Source: a virus
Virus record (IMG/VR): IMGVR_UViG_3300036985_006490
Location: 64,001-128,000 of that record
Length of the DNA stretch: 64,000 bases
Reading direction: 5' to 3' (one strand)
The position numbers and the translations under genes were made by a program. How positions within the stretch are numbered: position 1 is the stretch's first letter; each line of letters begins with the position of its first letter. Of this stretch, positions 28,365 through 37,651 are shown in pieces. The notes below the pieces were generated by a model that was given only the letters and a program-made list of their open reading frames with translations, did not search any database and was not told where the DNA came from.

Positions 28365-28481
28365 TTAAAGAATGTTAATGATTACCTGTATATAAGGATT
28401 TTCCAAAATAGATACATCTATATTATTTGGCATATTTGTGTAGTTGTAAATCGGATATGGATTAAACAAATCCCATTTCAT
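28365..28481 (-). pseudogene. truncated duplicate of the sbcC N-terminus (38 aa)
   Basis: MKWDLFNPYPIYNYTNMPNNIDVSILENPYIQVIINIL* versus SbcC MKWDLFNPYPTYNYSNMPTNLDTSTLENPYIQVIWED. Confidence 0.85.
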
Positions 28482-28483
28482 TT

Positions 28484-28672
28484 TTATTGTTGTGAATCAG
28501 AAATTCCGTCTTGTTCAGATTCTTGTTTTTTCTTGAATTCTTCCATTTGAAGTTTCATAGTCTCAGAAAATAATTTCTGAATAGTAGATTGTTGTGTCTT
28601 AATATTTTGGTTTCTGTTTTCAACCCTTTTTCTGTGTGCTTTAGCTCCACCTCTTACTTTAGATTTTCCCAT
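28484..28672 (-). CDS. small basic hypothetical protein
   Basis: MGKSKVRGGAKAHRKRV... Confidence 0.65.
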   Translation of the reverse strand: MGKSKVRGGAKAHRKRVENRNQNIKTQQSTIQKLFSETMKLQMEEFKKKQESEQDGISDSQQ

Positions 28673-28688
28673 TTTTTTGTTGTTTAAT

Positions 28689-29039
28689 TTATTCTGATTT
28701 TGGTCGGTTTACTTCAAACCATTCTACGATTGCATTTATTGCCCATACGGCTCCTGAGGCAAACATTCCATCAAAAAACCAAGAGTACCATAATGATTCC
28801 CCAATGATTATATTCCAAGGAGAATATACAAAAATTCCAATAAAGAATCCAACCCAAGTTGATGTACACATCATACATCTTAGCATATCCGATAAGAATA
28901 TCCAAAAATCTTGGAAAATTGAGTCAACATCTGCCGCCCATCTGTTTATTGCATTTCTTGGTCTATTGAAAATACTACCATAAACGAGGATGTTGCTCAT
29001 ACCATAAGCCATTATCATCCATATTAATATTTGTACCAT
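28689..29039 (-). CDS. membrane protein with CxxC (DUF1360-like)
   Basis: Hydrophobic; SIF-x-x-PR...L-x-CMMCTSTWVG. Confidence 0.6.
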   Translation of the reverse strand: MVQILIWMIMAYGMSNILVYGSIFNRPRNAINRWAADVDSIFQDFWIFLSDMLRCMMCTSTWVGFFIGIFVYSPWNIIIGESLWYSWFFDGMFASGAVWAINAIVEWFEVNRPKSE

Positions 29040-29049
29040 AATTTTTTAA

Positions 29050-29778
29050 TTATAAAATTTTTTTTTTAATTTTTTTCACGTTGTAAGAATTTTCGTCTAT
29101 ATCCAAGTTTAATTTTTTTGCAAAGTATTTGAATAATTCTAAATTTCCAAAAGCCCCCAAATGCCCATCTATATATCTACCTTCACTTTCCTTGGTGATA
29201 GATGAAAAATTGTAATTATCAAAATCCAATAATTCAATCGAGTCAATTTTTTCAGCAACTTCACCTCTCCATGTTACACATAATGGTTCATATTTTTTGA
29301 AAAAAGAAGGAAAAATGTTAATAAATTTTTTTTCAAAATGATAATCCATGTCACTCATCCAATATTCATATTTTTCAACATATTGTTGTTTGAATAAGTT
29401 CAAATATTTCTTAGCTAAAACCATTTCAGGTAATGGACTTCCACTTGCAAACGTATATCTTCTATTTCCATGTGTCCATGTATATCTTTCAGATCCAGTA
29501 AAAATTATTATGATACGGTCACCTTCAGCATATTCCGGTAGATTACTTAGTTGCCAAATAATTTCTTGATTTGAAACCCCTCCTAACGCGTAAGAAACAA
29601 CTTCAAAAAAAGTTTCCATGTAATCAATCCAGTGACCAAAATTATCATAGTAGTTCACGTAGGACTCGACATGATTTAATCCAAAAAACGGTTTGGTTAT
29701 AGAATAAAATTCATTAGGTTTTTTTGTAAAATAATTGAAACCCCAACTGTCTCCGAATACAAATAACCTATTTTTCAC
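29050..29778 (-). CDS. SGNH/GDSL-like protein
   Basis: LFVFGDSW, YALGGVSN, FTGSER, DGH. Confidence 0.65.
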   Translation of the reverse strand: MKNRLFVFGDSWGFNYFTKKPNEFYSITKPFFGLNHVESYVNYYDNFGHWIDYMETFFEVVSYALGGVSNQEIIWQLSNLPEYAEGDRIIIIFTGSERYTWTHGNRRYTFASGSPLPEMVLAKKYLNLFKQQYVEKYEYWMSDMDYHFEKKFINIFPSFFKKYEPLCVTWRGEVAEKIDSIELLDFDNYNFSSITKESEGRYIDGHLGAFGNLELFKYFAKKLNLDIDENSYNVKKIKKKIL

Positions 29779-29784
29779 AATGTA

Positions 29785-30552
29785 TCATTTATAAAGTTTA
29801 TCATCTAAGTTCGAACCTCTCAGGAACATTGCCTTCTTTTCTTCTTGAAATTTTTGGATATCTTGAATAGTTTGTTCGTACTCTCTAATTTTTTTATCTT
29901 TTTCGATGTTATCTTGTTTGAGTTTTTGAACTGTTGATTGAAGTGCCTCTAACTTTGGTTTCAAACTACTGTCACCTTCCTTCTCAATAACTATCTCTTT
30001 AATCACTTCAACTTCTCGAATAATCTCTTTGACTTCAGGTCCCTTTGTTTCGAGTTGTTGTATTTTCAACAACAATTCCTTTTTCTCATTGTGGAAATTA
30101 TTTTCCAATTCTTGTGTTTTAGTGGAAAATATTTGTCTTTGTTCTTCGAATTCTTGTTCTTTTTGAAAAATTTTTGAGTTCATTTCCTCTTGGTCCGTGA
30201 CATATACAATCTTCTCCACAGAGACTTCTTTGATAACCTCAACAACCTTTTCTACAATTCTATCAACAGTAACCTCTTTGATTACTTCAATTGGTTTTTC
30301 AACTTCAACGTATTCAATCTTCACCACTTCCTTAATAACCTCCACAGGAATCTCCACCCGTTTTTCAACAATAACCTCCTTTTCCACCTGTTTTTCACGG
30401 ATCCCACCCGTATTTAACAGACCATACCTCTCAATGTTGAATCCTTCAAGGTAAGACTTCTTAATGACTTCACTAATTCTTAAGTCATTAAGATTACAAT
30501 AAGATATGAGATCTTTGTTCTCGGTGGAAGAAATGTTAAGTTTGTATTCCAT
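29785..30552 (-). CDS. coiled-coil protein with V/I-E-V-I-K-E repeats
   Basis: Multiple VEVIKEV / IVEK repeats. Confidence 0.7.
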   Translation of the reverse strand: MEYKLNISSTENKDLISYCNLNDLRISEVIKKSYLEGFNIERYGLLNTGGIREKQVEKEVIVEKRVEIPVEVIKEVVKIEYVEVEKPIEVIKEVTVDRIVEKVVEVIKEVSVEKIVYVTDQEEMNSKIFQKEQEFEEQRQIFSTKTQELENNFHNEKKELLLKIQQLETKGPEVKEIIREVEVIKEIVIEKEGDSSLKPKLEALQSTVQKLKQDNIEKDKKIREYEQTIQDIQKFQEEKKAMFLRGSNLDDKLYK

Positions 30553-31332
30553 TTAGTAGTTTACAAGTTTCTCGGTTCCGTCGACCAAGTTGTCTATGGA
30601 GTTTATGTAAAATGATAGGAAAGGTTTTGGGTTCGGAAGGTCAACAAAGTCATACTGGTCTTTCTCAATGTCATAAACACCATAACCATGTTTTGTTACT
30701 CTCTCCCCAAAATTCTGTTGGATAGTTGACCCAACCATATACGCTTTTTTTCCACCAGGTATGTCGAACACTTGTCTCTTATGGATGTCACCACAAAGTA
30801 CCAAGTCACACCCCTTGAACTTACTAACATCAAATCCATCCTCGAACTTATATCCAATATCGGTATAAAGACCAGTGACAGGTCCGTGAAATAAACCAAT
30901 GTTCTTGTTCTTGGACTTCTGAATATCAGGTTGAATGTTGTGTTCCATCAAAGAATACACACACCAATTAATATTCTCATCCTCATACACCCCACGGTTC
31001 TTATAATAAACTATGTTATCATTCTTCAAGGAATCGATAATCGGAGTCAGAGCATCCAAACGAGTATTGTTATTCTCAAGGAAGTCGTGGTTACCAATAA
31101 TTACAATAGTCTTTGTAATTTTTGCACACTCAGTCAATATCCAAGCAACAAACTCCACCAACTCTGGTGTCATCTGATTTTTGGAATGTACCAAATCTCC
31201 AGTGAAAACTATTCTATCAGGTTGTAATGTTTTCCATTCTTTCAACGCAGACTCAAGGATTCCACGATATAAATCATGGTCCTTGAATAGTCTTACGTGT
31301 AAGTCAGAAAAATGAACTAATCTGTTAATCAT
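30553..31332 (-). CDS. SbcD/Mre11-like metallophosphoesterase nuclease (T4 gp47-like)
   Basis: FSDLH, TGDLVH, IGNHD, FHG, GDIHK, GST-x-QQNFGE. Confidence 0.9.
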   Translation of the reverse strand: MINRLVHFSDLHVRLFKDHDLYRGILESALKEWKTLQPDRIVFTGDLVHSKNQMTPELVEFVAWILTECAKITKTIVIIGNHDFLENNNTRLDALTPIIDSLKNDNIVYYKNRGVYEDENINWCVYSLMEHNIQPDIQKSKNKNIGLFHGPVTGLYTDIGYKFEDGFDVSKFKGCDLVLCGDIHKRQVFDIPGGKKAYMVGSTIQQNFGERVTKHGYGVYDIEKDQYDFVDLPNPKPFLSFYINSIDNLVDGTEKLVNY

Positions 31333-31561
31333 TAATTATTACTTTCGGTTCGTCTTCGAAGGGATTGAACCCTTTGTTTATGTGTCCACAAGAATCACAC
31401 TTGTAGATTGGAAATGGTACAGTTGTGTCTTCGGATGAACCAGTCATCAACTTTGGAACTAACTTCAGGTAAGTAACTTCTCTGAAATAAACTCCTCCAC
31501 AATTATCGCACTTGATTGTCGGTACGTCTCTTAAATTAATTTTAGGTTTTTCTAACTCCAT
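31325..31561 (-). CDS. zinc-ribbon protein
   Basis: CDNCG...CDSCGH. Confidence 0.7.
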   Translation of the reverse strand: MELEKPKINLRDVPTIKCDNCGGVYFREVTYLKLVPKLMTGSSEDTTVPFPIYKCDSCGHINKGFNPFEDEPKVIIND

Positions 31562-32423
31562 ATTTTGTATTGCTTAATGTTTCTATAAATGATTCTACTT
31601 TTGTTTGTGCCTTATTAATATAAGATAAATCCCCACCTTCATCAAGTCTAGACAAGTGTAACTCGAACTTTGTAAAATCAAGTTTACTGATTGTATTGAC
31701 AAATGCGTTGACGAAATCTCTACTCAGTTTACACTCTCTAGTTTTAATAAAGTGATATCTAAAGGTTGTGAAGATTTGAAATAACTTTTCAAGTTCCCAT
31801 TCACTAGCAATTAAGTGACTCTCATGAGCATACTTATCCTTCACATCATATATCTTAATACTTTCGTTCAACCCTCCTTGAGCAAACTCAAGGTACAAAG
31901 CAACTTTCCTGTAGTTCTCAGTCTTCGTTTCTGTTTTATCAATCAGATATGCAAGAAATCCGTCTCGAGTGTAGTTCTTAAAAATTGATTCGTTGTTTTT
32001 AGTTGTAGTACACCATTTTGTGTTTGTCCCATACTTCATGGAACCTTTATGGGTTTTAGGTTGGAGTAAAATGAACTCTTCCGTCTCAAGGAGAACATTG
32101 ATATGGTCTTCCTTTACGAAATATTTTTCTTCTCTTACTTGTTCCGCATTTTCAATAACATCAATTAATTTTTGATAATTACCATATTCTTTGGAATAAA
32201 TGTCTTTGTTTTCGATGTATGGAATCAACTCATTAAACTTAATGACATCTTTAATGATATTACCAGTCGTTCTGTAAGGTCCAAGAATTTTTCTATCCTC
32301 CCAAGTCTTCAACATGAAGTCCAAATACTTTTTGGTTGGCGTAATATCTGCCTCAACAAATTTGGTGAAACTTGCGTTGGAAACCTCAGGATATCTTTTT
32401 TTCAAATCATCTACCTTTGACAT
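31542..32423 (-). CDS. WCT-motif (PcfJ-like) protein, paralogous domain to 8799..10124
   Basis: D-x-TP-x-KKY, KDIY, GSMKYG-x-NTKWCTT...F-x-NY-x-x-DG-x-L-x-Y; start MSKVDD. Confidence 0.65.
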   Translation of the reverse strand: MSKVDDLKKRYPEVSNASFTKFVEADITPTKKYLDFMLKTWEDRKILGPYRTTGNIIKDVIKFNELIPYIENKDIYSKEYGNYQKLIDVIENAEQVREEKYFVKEDHINVLLETEEFILLQPKTHKGSMKYGTNTKWCTTTKNNESIFKNYTRDGFLAYLIDKTETKTENYRKVALYLEFAQGGLNESIKIYDVKDKYAHESHLIASEWELEKLFQIFTTFRYHFIKTRECKLSRDFVNAFVNTISKLDFTKFELHLSRLDEGGDLSYINKAQTKVESFIETLSNTKYGVRKT

Positions 32424-32477
32424 ATCGGCGTTACAATTAATGTTATACACAATAATACAAAAAATTTTTCACTTATC

Positions 32478-32504
32478 AAAAAAATAACCACCCTTCGGTG
32501 GTCA
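32478..32504 (-). terminator. intrinsic terminator
   Basis: ACCACC-gaag-GGTGGT followed by TATTTTTTT on the minus strand. Confidence 0.65.
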
Positions 32505-33347
32505 TTTCTTTATATACTTTTTCACATCCATTTCAAGGACAGTATCGATAACTTCTTTGGGAACTCTGTATTCTTCAAAAAATGTATCCTCTTGTAAATG
32601 AGATATGATACATCCATAAAGTTTGATATTTTCATATTTTGAGCCTTCTAACATTTTTAGTAATAACTTACCATAAAGTGGTAGTTGAAGATAATAGTGT
32701 CCAAGTGCCGTGTTAGGATATTTTTCGAATGGTTCATACATTCTGTCGGTAAAACTTGTCTCTTGGAAATTCTTTTTCTTATTTGTTTTCCAATCGGTAA
32801 TCAATATCCCAAACTCATTCCCACTCTTATTCATTGTTAACCAAACCTTATCAGGTTGTCCAACATATCCAAGTTCAGGGTCACCAAGTACCATTTCAGT
32901 GTCAAGTAATTCAACATTTCTTGACTCCATGAGTTCGAGATATCTCTTACCAGCAAAAATCATGTTGTCACTTTTCATTAACTGAGTAACGTCACAATCG
33001 AATATTGGTTGACGAACCTCTTTGTAGTTCCCATTATTTTCAATCAAAGTCTTTTCCAAAATATAATGGACCCGACTTCCCAAGTTAGTTGAGTAAGTTC
33101 CAGCCGCAGCCCACTCTTCTTTCAATCGTTCGGCCTCCTGAGGATTTCCACCCGCCTTTTTCAAGGCAACTTCCTCAAGTGGAAACTCTCGGTAAAAACT
33201 TTTCAGGACTTTGGATACTGAAGGGTAGTCTTGTCTACCACCCATAGTGTAAATGTGATTGTCTTCTTCAAAGACCAACCCCAAACTTTTTTGTCTCTCA
33301 GAAACAATTTCACGTATCTCCGAGACAACACTTTTCAAATCTATCAT
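32502..33347 (-). CDS. PD-(D/E)XK exonuclease (Cas4/RecB-like)
   Basis: F-x-E-x-x-H-x-Y, PSVS, GSRVH, GQPD, ITDWKTNK, HY-x-LQL-x-LY. Confidence 0.8.
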   Translation of the reverse strand: MIDLKSVVSEIREIVSERQKSLGLVFEEDNHIYTMGGRQDYPSVSKVLKSFYREFPLEEVALKKAGGNPQEAERLKEEWAAAGTYSTNLGSRVHYILEKTLIENNGNYKEVRQPIFDCDVTQLMKSDNMIFAGKRYLELMESRNVELLDTEMVLGDPELGYVGQPDKVWLTMNKSGNEFGILITDWKTNKKKNFQETSFTDRMYEPFEKYPNTALGHYYLQLPLYGKLLLKMLEGSKYENIKLYGCIISHLQEDTFFEEYRVPKEVIDTVLEMDVKKYIKK

Positions 33348-33348
33348 T

Positions 33349-34263
33349 TTATCTTATTTCGTAATAATACTCATCAATTTGTCCCCGTAGGTCACAAATG
33401 TCTTTATCTATAGGTAACTTGACTATCTTCACCTTGTTGTATAACCTACCACCATTCAGTTCATGATATACTCGGAGTCCATCTTGAAACGCGTCACCAT
33501 CACAACATATGATGACTTGACCGTTAGCTTTGGTATATAAAGTTTCAAACAACAACTTACTCATCTTCTTTCCCAACATCACAATCGAATTGTTTAGGAA
33601 GAATGAATCAAATGCTCCTTCACACAAATATACATCCTTATCCCAGTCTATCAAACTTTCATTGAAAATAATCTCATCTTTGGGTACGGATGGATTTTTG
33701 TATTTCATTTTCTTAGGTACCCAAGATCTGGCAACAAAATAATTCAGTACACCTTCCTTGTTGAAGGATGGTACAATAATTCTGTAAGCAAAATCTCCTG
33801 ATACTGTATATCCTATCTTATACCTCTCAATCATCTCATCAGTAATACCTCTTGATTGGAGGTATCGATAGGCTTCCATGTGTGGAATGAATCTTGAGTT
33901 GGAATCTTGAAATGTGGTGTAACCTTCAGGGAGTCTGAGTTTTGTACGTTTGATGTCTTCCTGTTTGAGTTCCTCAGGTTTGATTAAGTTGTAAACTTTC
34001 TTTTGACTTTTGGTAGCATACTGATCGAATAGTTTCCCTAATGGTCCGTGAGTCCCGTAGGTTTCACTACAAGCCCAACACTTATAAACGTGTTTGCCAT
34101 AGTTAATCTCCAAGTTACCTTTACCATCACCATCATCCAAACCTTTTTCTTCAGCACAGACAGGACAGTCAAAAGATATTTGACCTTTTGATTCATAGTG
34201 TTGTTTATAATCACCAAGAAACTCTGTGAGTAATTCTACTAATACATCAACCTCGTCTGTCAT
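33349..34263 (-). CDS. DNA primase (Zn finger + TOPRIM)
   Basis: CPVC...CWAC, YLQSRGI, RIIVP, KYKNP, LCEGAFD, CDGDA, KD-x-x-D; TATATTTG at 34268-34275. Confidence 0.88.
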   Translation of the reverse strand: MTDEVDVLVELLTEFLGDYKQHYESKGQISFDCPVCAEEKGLDDGDGKGNLEINYGKHVYKCWACSETYGTHGPLGKLFDQYATKSQKKVYNLIKPEELKQEDIKRTKLRLPEGYTTFQDSNSRFIPHMEAYRYLQSRGITDEMIERYKIGYTVSGDFAYRIIVPSFNKEGVLNYFVARSWVPKKMKYKNPSVPKDEIIFNESLIDWDKDVYLCEGAFDSFFLNNSIVMLGKKMSKLLFETLYTKANGQVIICCDGDAFQDGLRVYHELNGGRLYNKVKIVKLPIDKDICDLRGQIDEYYYEIR

Positions 34264-34280
34264 TCTACAAATATAATCAA

Positions 34281-34448
34281 TTATTCCTCATTATCATCAG
34301 GATAGGGATTCAATCCAACAATGTTTTTTCTCCACCACTTCATAACAGGGTGAGTTTCATCAAGATACCTCTCAATAAAATAATAAGCAATCGCGAAGAC
34401 GGTTGTTATAGTCAAACAAACGAAATAGAATAGAATTAACCAATCCAT
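34281..34448 (-). CDS. small membrane protein (55 aa), absent from the ORF track
   Basis: MDWLILFYFVCLTITTVFAIAYYFIERYLDETHPVMKWWRKNIVGLNPYPDDNEE*. Confidence 0.6.
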   Translation of the reverse strand: MDWLILFYFVCLTITTVFAIAYYFIERYLDETHPVMKWWRKNIVGLNPYPDDNEE

Positions 34449-34801
34449 TTTACGTTTTTTATATCTGCGACGTAGTTCAATTGAATACTAAAAATCAACA
34501 GATGTGATTGTAGATGGTTGAAAAAGAATTTTCGTAAAACTCCATTGAGTTTTAACTTGGAAATACGTTTAATGTCTTCGGTATACTTTTGGTGGTCGAA
34601 CCACATCAAATTTCCTCCATATTTAACGTAAATTTTACCTACGAAAGTAACATCAACTTCTTCTTGGAAGTCATACTGACGATAGTGAGTAATCTGAATT
34701 GTCCCTTCGACTTTATCATCCTTGACATTCAAAGTGCCGTACTTTTTGACAACTCGTCTGAGTGCTTTTGCTTCGGGGGTTTTTACTACGTATCCTTTCA
34801 T
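34436..34801 (-). CDS. hypothetical protein
   Basis: 121-aa ORF with its own TTTG-N20-TATCTTAG promoter (34806-34837). Confidence 0.65.
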   Translation of the reverse strand: MKGYVVKTPEAKALRRVVKKYGTLNVKDDKVEGTIQITHYRQYDFQEEVDVTFVGKIYVKYGGNLMWFDHQKYTEDIKRISKLKLNGVLRKFFFNHLQSHLLIFSIQLNYVADIKNVKWIG

Positions 34802-34829
34802 GATGCTAAGATACTATAAAAAAATTAAT

Positions 34830-35432
34830 CTACCAAATTTCTTTTACCTTCATAAAACCAAGTGCAGCACAATAGGCGTCAGTCTGATCGAAATTCTCTT
34901 TTTTGAGTGTATTGTTCTTTGTGTATTGCCAAGTAATTTGTGGTTCTCTTTTTGCAACTAACTCCCATATAACCACTTTCTTATCAATATCTTTTGGCAT
35001 CCCTCCAAACAAAACATATTTGTCTTTATCATTGGGTTGAACTAAATGAGGGAACGCAAATTTTCTTGAATTGTATGTTGAAATAAACTCAGGAACGACT
35101 CCCAACACATCATAAACTTCTTTACAAATTAATGTATTGAATCTCATCAGAGTACTGACAGTATAAACGTTATTGGAGTTCAATAAAGGTTCCTCAATAA
35201 CAACATACTGAATACCAAGTTCTTTATATGATAGTAGTTTTTCTCTGAAGATTTGTCCTTTTAATAACAACTCCTCAATTTTATTTTCTACCTTTGGTTT
35301 TGGAACTGGTGAAATGTGAGTTAATTCCAATAAGTTTCCAGTTTCAATGTCGAATAACGACCAACCAATTGTCTTTGTTGACACATCTAATCCCAATACT
35401 TTGGGAGAATCTTTCTTAATGTTTTGTGGCAT
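34830..35432 (-). CDS. RuvC-like Holliday junction resolvase
   Basis: VLGLDVST-x-TIGW, VVIEEP, K...D-x-x-DAY. Confidence 0.8.
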   Translation of the reverse strand: MPQNIKKDSPKVLGLDVSTKTIGWSLFDIETGNLLELTHISPVPKPKVENKIEELLLKGQIFREKLLSYKELGIQYVVIEEPLLNSNNVYTVSTLMRFNTLICKEVYDVLGVVPEFISTYNSRKFAFPHLVQPNDKDKYVLFGGMPKDIDKKVVIWELVAKREPQITWQYTKNNTLKKENFDQTDAYCAALGFMKVKEIW

Positions 35433-35434
35433 AA

Positions 35435-37621
35435 TTAAAAATCTAGCTTCACTACAAATTGTTGAATACCCTGTCTTAATTCAGGAGATTGTAGCTTAGA
35501 TATAACAATAAGATCATTATTCTGATCGTAAAGTCCAATTTCAGTAATATATGGTTTTGTACCTGCCGACCATGTAGGATTGGAAGTATTTGTAAACTGA
35601 TTTCGATTTAAGTTAATCAAATATTTCATTTCATAAATTGTTGCAGAAATGTCAGTTTCAAAGTTTCCATAAAAATAATACTCATCACCGAAGTTCAGAA
35701 CATCGGTCTGTCCATTCAATGGAATATCTAAATAATTTTGTAGTTGGTATGCCGCTGCGTTGGTGTAATCATCAAGTCCTATTTGGAATGTTGTTCCTGT
35801 CAATGATGTTTGAGTTATGTATCCATTAGATAATGTCATTGCTGAGGTTACATCTATCTGTCTCCAAGCAGTTGGTGAAGGTCTTGTATCACCTGTCACC
35901 ATTTGACAAATAATCTTCATGGAGGTGGCGGTGTATCCTGTAAATTCATTAACACCCAAGAATCCAAACTCTCCTCCGAATCTTACCGCAACGTTTTGAG
36001 TGTTTGCAGTTACGGAACTATTTGGTTGTATTACAGAATAATAATTACAGTGAAGTGAACTTGTAACACCAGTTTGTGATTCAAATAAATAACTTACCCA
36101 AAATCTTTGGTCAGGATTCGACATCAATCCTGTAGAATTATTTCCAGTGTCACAAATGTTTGGAGTCAACAAACTCAACTTCGGTGCTGGTAAAGTAAAG
36201 TTTCTATTTGATTTGTATGAAAGAGCCGCAATTACTTCTTCATCATCAACCACAATAATTTCTTGGTCAGGAAATACTTTACCAATTCTATTCAAATTAC
36301 CATTACTATCCGCGTTGGTGTCCCACAAATGATAGTATCTTATACCAGGGTCATTCATGTCAATATTTTCCGTTGACTTAATATAATATGGTATACATAA
36401 ATTATATCCTGAAGGGTCAATATAAAAATTTTGTCCTATTGTGGTTCCTGTTGATTTATGCCACATCAAAGTCGGCATACTCAATTTGAAATGTCTTGCT
36501 AATCCAATATCATCTGTCGGATTTTGTGGGTCAAATGGTTGAGTTGAGAATTTTTCTCCATAGACATGGTCAATATCTTGATTGGTATAATGGATAATAG
36601 CAATGGCTTTTTGGTCTTGAGGTCTTACAACAATTTTCTCATCGAAGGAATTATAATAAAATACTTGGCTCGTATCAGTTTGTCCTGATGGTTCATTGTA
36701 TCCCAAATATTCTTTGGTACCTATGTACGACACTGATCCAAACTTGGTATAATCTTCGTATGAACTACTGAATAATCCTGCAGGACTCTCAGTCCAAGGA
36801 ATATTCATGTTCCAAATTGGAGTATTCTCTCTGTTGGTCACATCACAAGGAGACTCAAAGTTTAGAGTATCTGTTTGCCAATAAGGTGCAGGTGTAACAA
36901 AATCATATAATTCTGTCATACCTGATGGATATACATACAATCTGGCATAATTTGTTTCAATAGGTAGGTTATCAAATGTTGGTAACGATCTATCTAATGT
37001 TAATGTGAATGTACTTCCTGTCGTTCCTGTGACAGGGCTCATATTTTGAATCTTATATGTAAGAATTTGGTTTGTAGTAAAATCACCACATCCACCATTC
37101 CCATCATAGACTATAGTAACAAAATCATTAATCGATGGTGTTCCTGTAGTTGTTACGTCGCACACATTTAAGTCAAACTCAATATCAATATCTGTTTGTC
37201 CTGTTAAGGTTGACATATCAACCCAAAAATTAGATGTTATTGTGTAAGCTGAAGTAGTTTGAATTTCGGTGGTTCCCGTAGTAAAAAACCCTTTTACACC
37301 AGCCGAGTTATATATTTGTTGGAAATTACTATCCATAAAAGGAATTCCGTAAGTGTTACCTGATGAACTTTGTACGTAATATGGATATTTTATATTTTGT
37401 TTGTTTGATTGTGGTGAACCTGTATCATTTTGTGCGTTGAACGCTGGCATCAAAATATTATTATTGGTCTGATTATAATTCGGTACTGCAGTATAACTCA
37501 CTTCACTATCCCCAATTTGGAAATAAGAGATATTGAAGGTACCTTGAGAAAGGTTTCTCCGTCCAACATCAGTTAATCTGGTGTTAATAAGTCCTGCAGT
37601 ATTTTTAATAATATAAGCCAT
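35435..37621 (-). CDS. virion structural protein (tail/baseplate-type)
   Basis: N-terminal LTDVGR...F-x-IGDSE and C-terminal YITEIGLYD...LIVISKL...F-x-VKLDF, a tail-collar/baseplate-like pattern; TATTTATA at 37626-37633. Confidence 0.65.
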   Translation of the reverse strand: MAYIIKNTAGLINTRLTDVGRRNLSQGTFNISYFQIGDSEVSYTAVPNYNQTNNNILMPAFNAQNDTGSPQSNKQNIKYPYYVQSSSGNTYGIPFMDSNFQQIYNSAGVKGFFTTGTTEIQTTSAYTITSNFWVDMSTLTGQTDIDIEFDLNVCDVTTTGTPSINDFVTIVYDGNGGCGDFTTNQILTYKIQNMSPVTGTTGSTFTLTLDRSLPTFDNLPIETNYARLYVYPSGMTELYDFVTPAPYWQTDTLNFESPCDVTNRENTPIWNMNIPWTESPAGLFSSSYEDYTKFGSVSYIGTKEYLGYNEPSGQTDTSQVFYYNSFDEKIVVRPQDQKAIAIIHYTNQDIDHVYGEKFSTQPFDPQNPTDDIGLARHFKLSMPTLMWHKSTGTTIGQNFYIDPSGYNLCIPYYIKSTENIDMNDPGIRYYHLWDTNADSNGNLNRIGKVFPDQEIIVVDDEEVIAALSYKSNRNFTLPAPKLSLLTPNICDTGNNSTGLMSNPDQRFWVSYLFESQTGVTSSLHCNYYSVIQPNSSVTANTQNVAVRFGGEFGFLGVNEFTGYTATSMKIICQMVTGDTRPSPTAWRQIDVTSAMTLSNGYITQTSLTGTTFQIGLDDYTNAAAYQLQNYLDIPLNGQTDVLNFGDEYYFYGNFETDISATIYEMKYLINLNRNQFTNTSNPTWSAGTKPYITEIGLYDQNNDLIVISKLQSPELRQGIQQFVVKLDF

Positions 37622-37651
37622 TGTTTATAAATAGTTGTTCTGTTTTTTTTA

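Noticed and set aside
26821-28481. 102-nt repeat pair as DGR template/variable repeats
   Set aside because: Mismatches are not adenine-specific, the repeat is at a gene 5' end, and no reverse transcriptase is in the window.
32502-33347. Cas4-like nuclease as part of a CRISPR-Cas system
   Set aside because: No array or other cas genes, and no Fe-S Cys set; it sits among replication genes as a stand-alone phage exonuclease.
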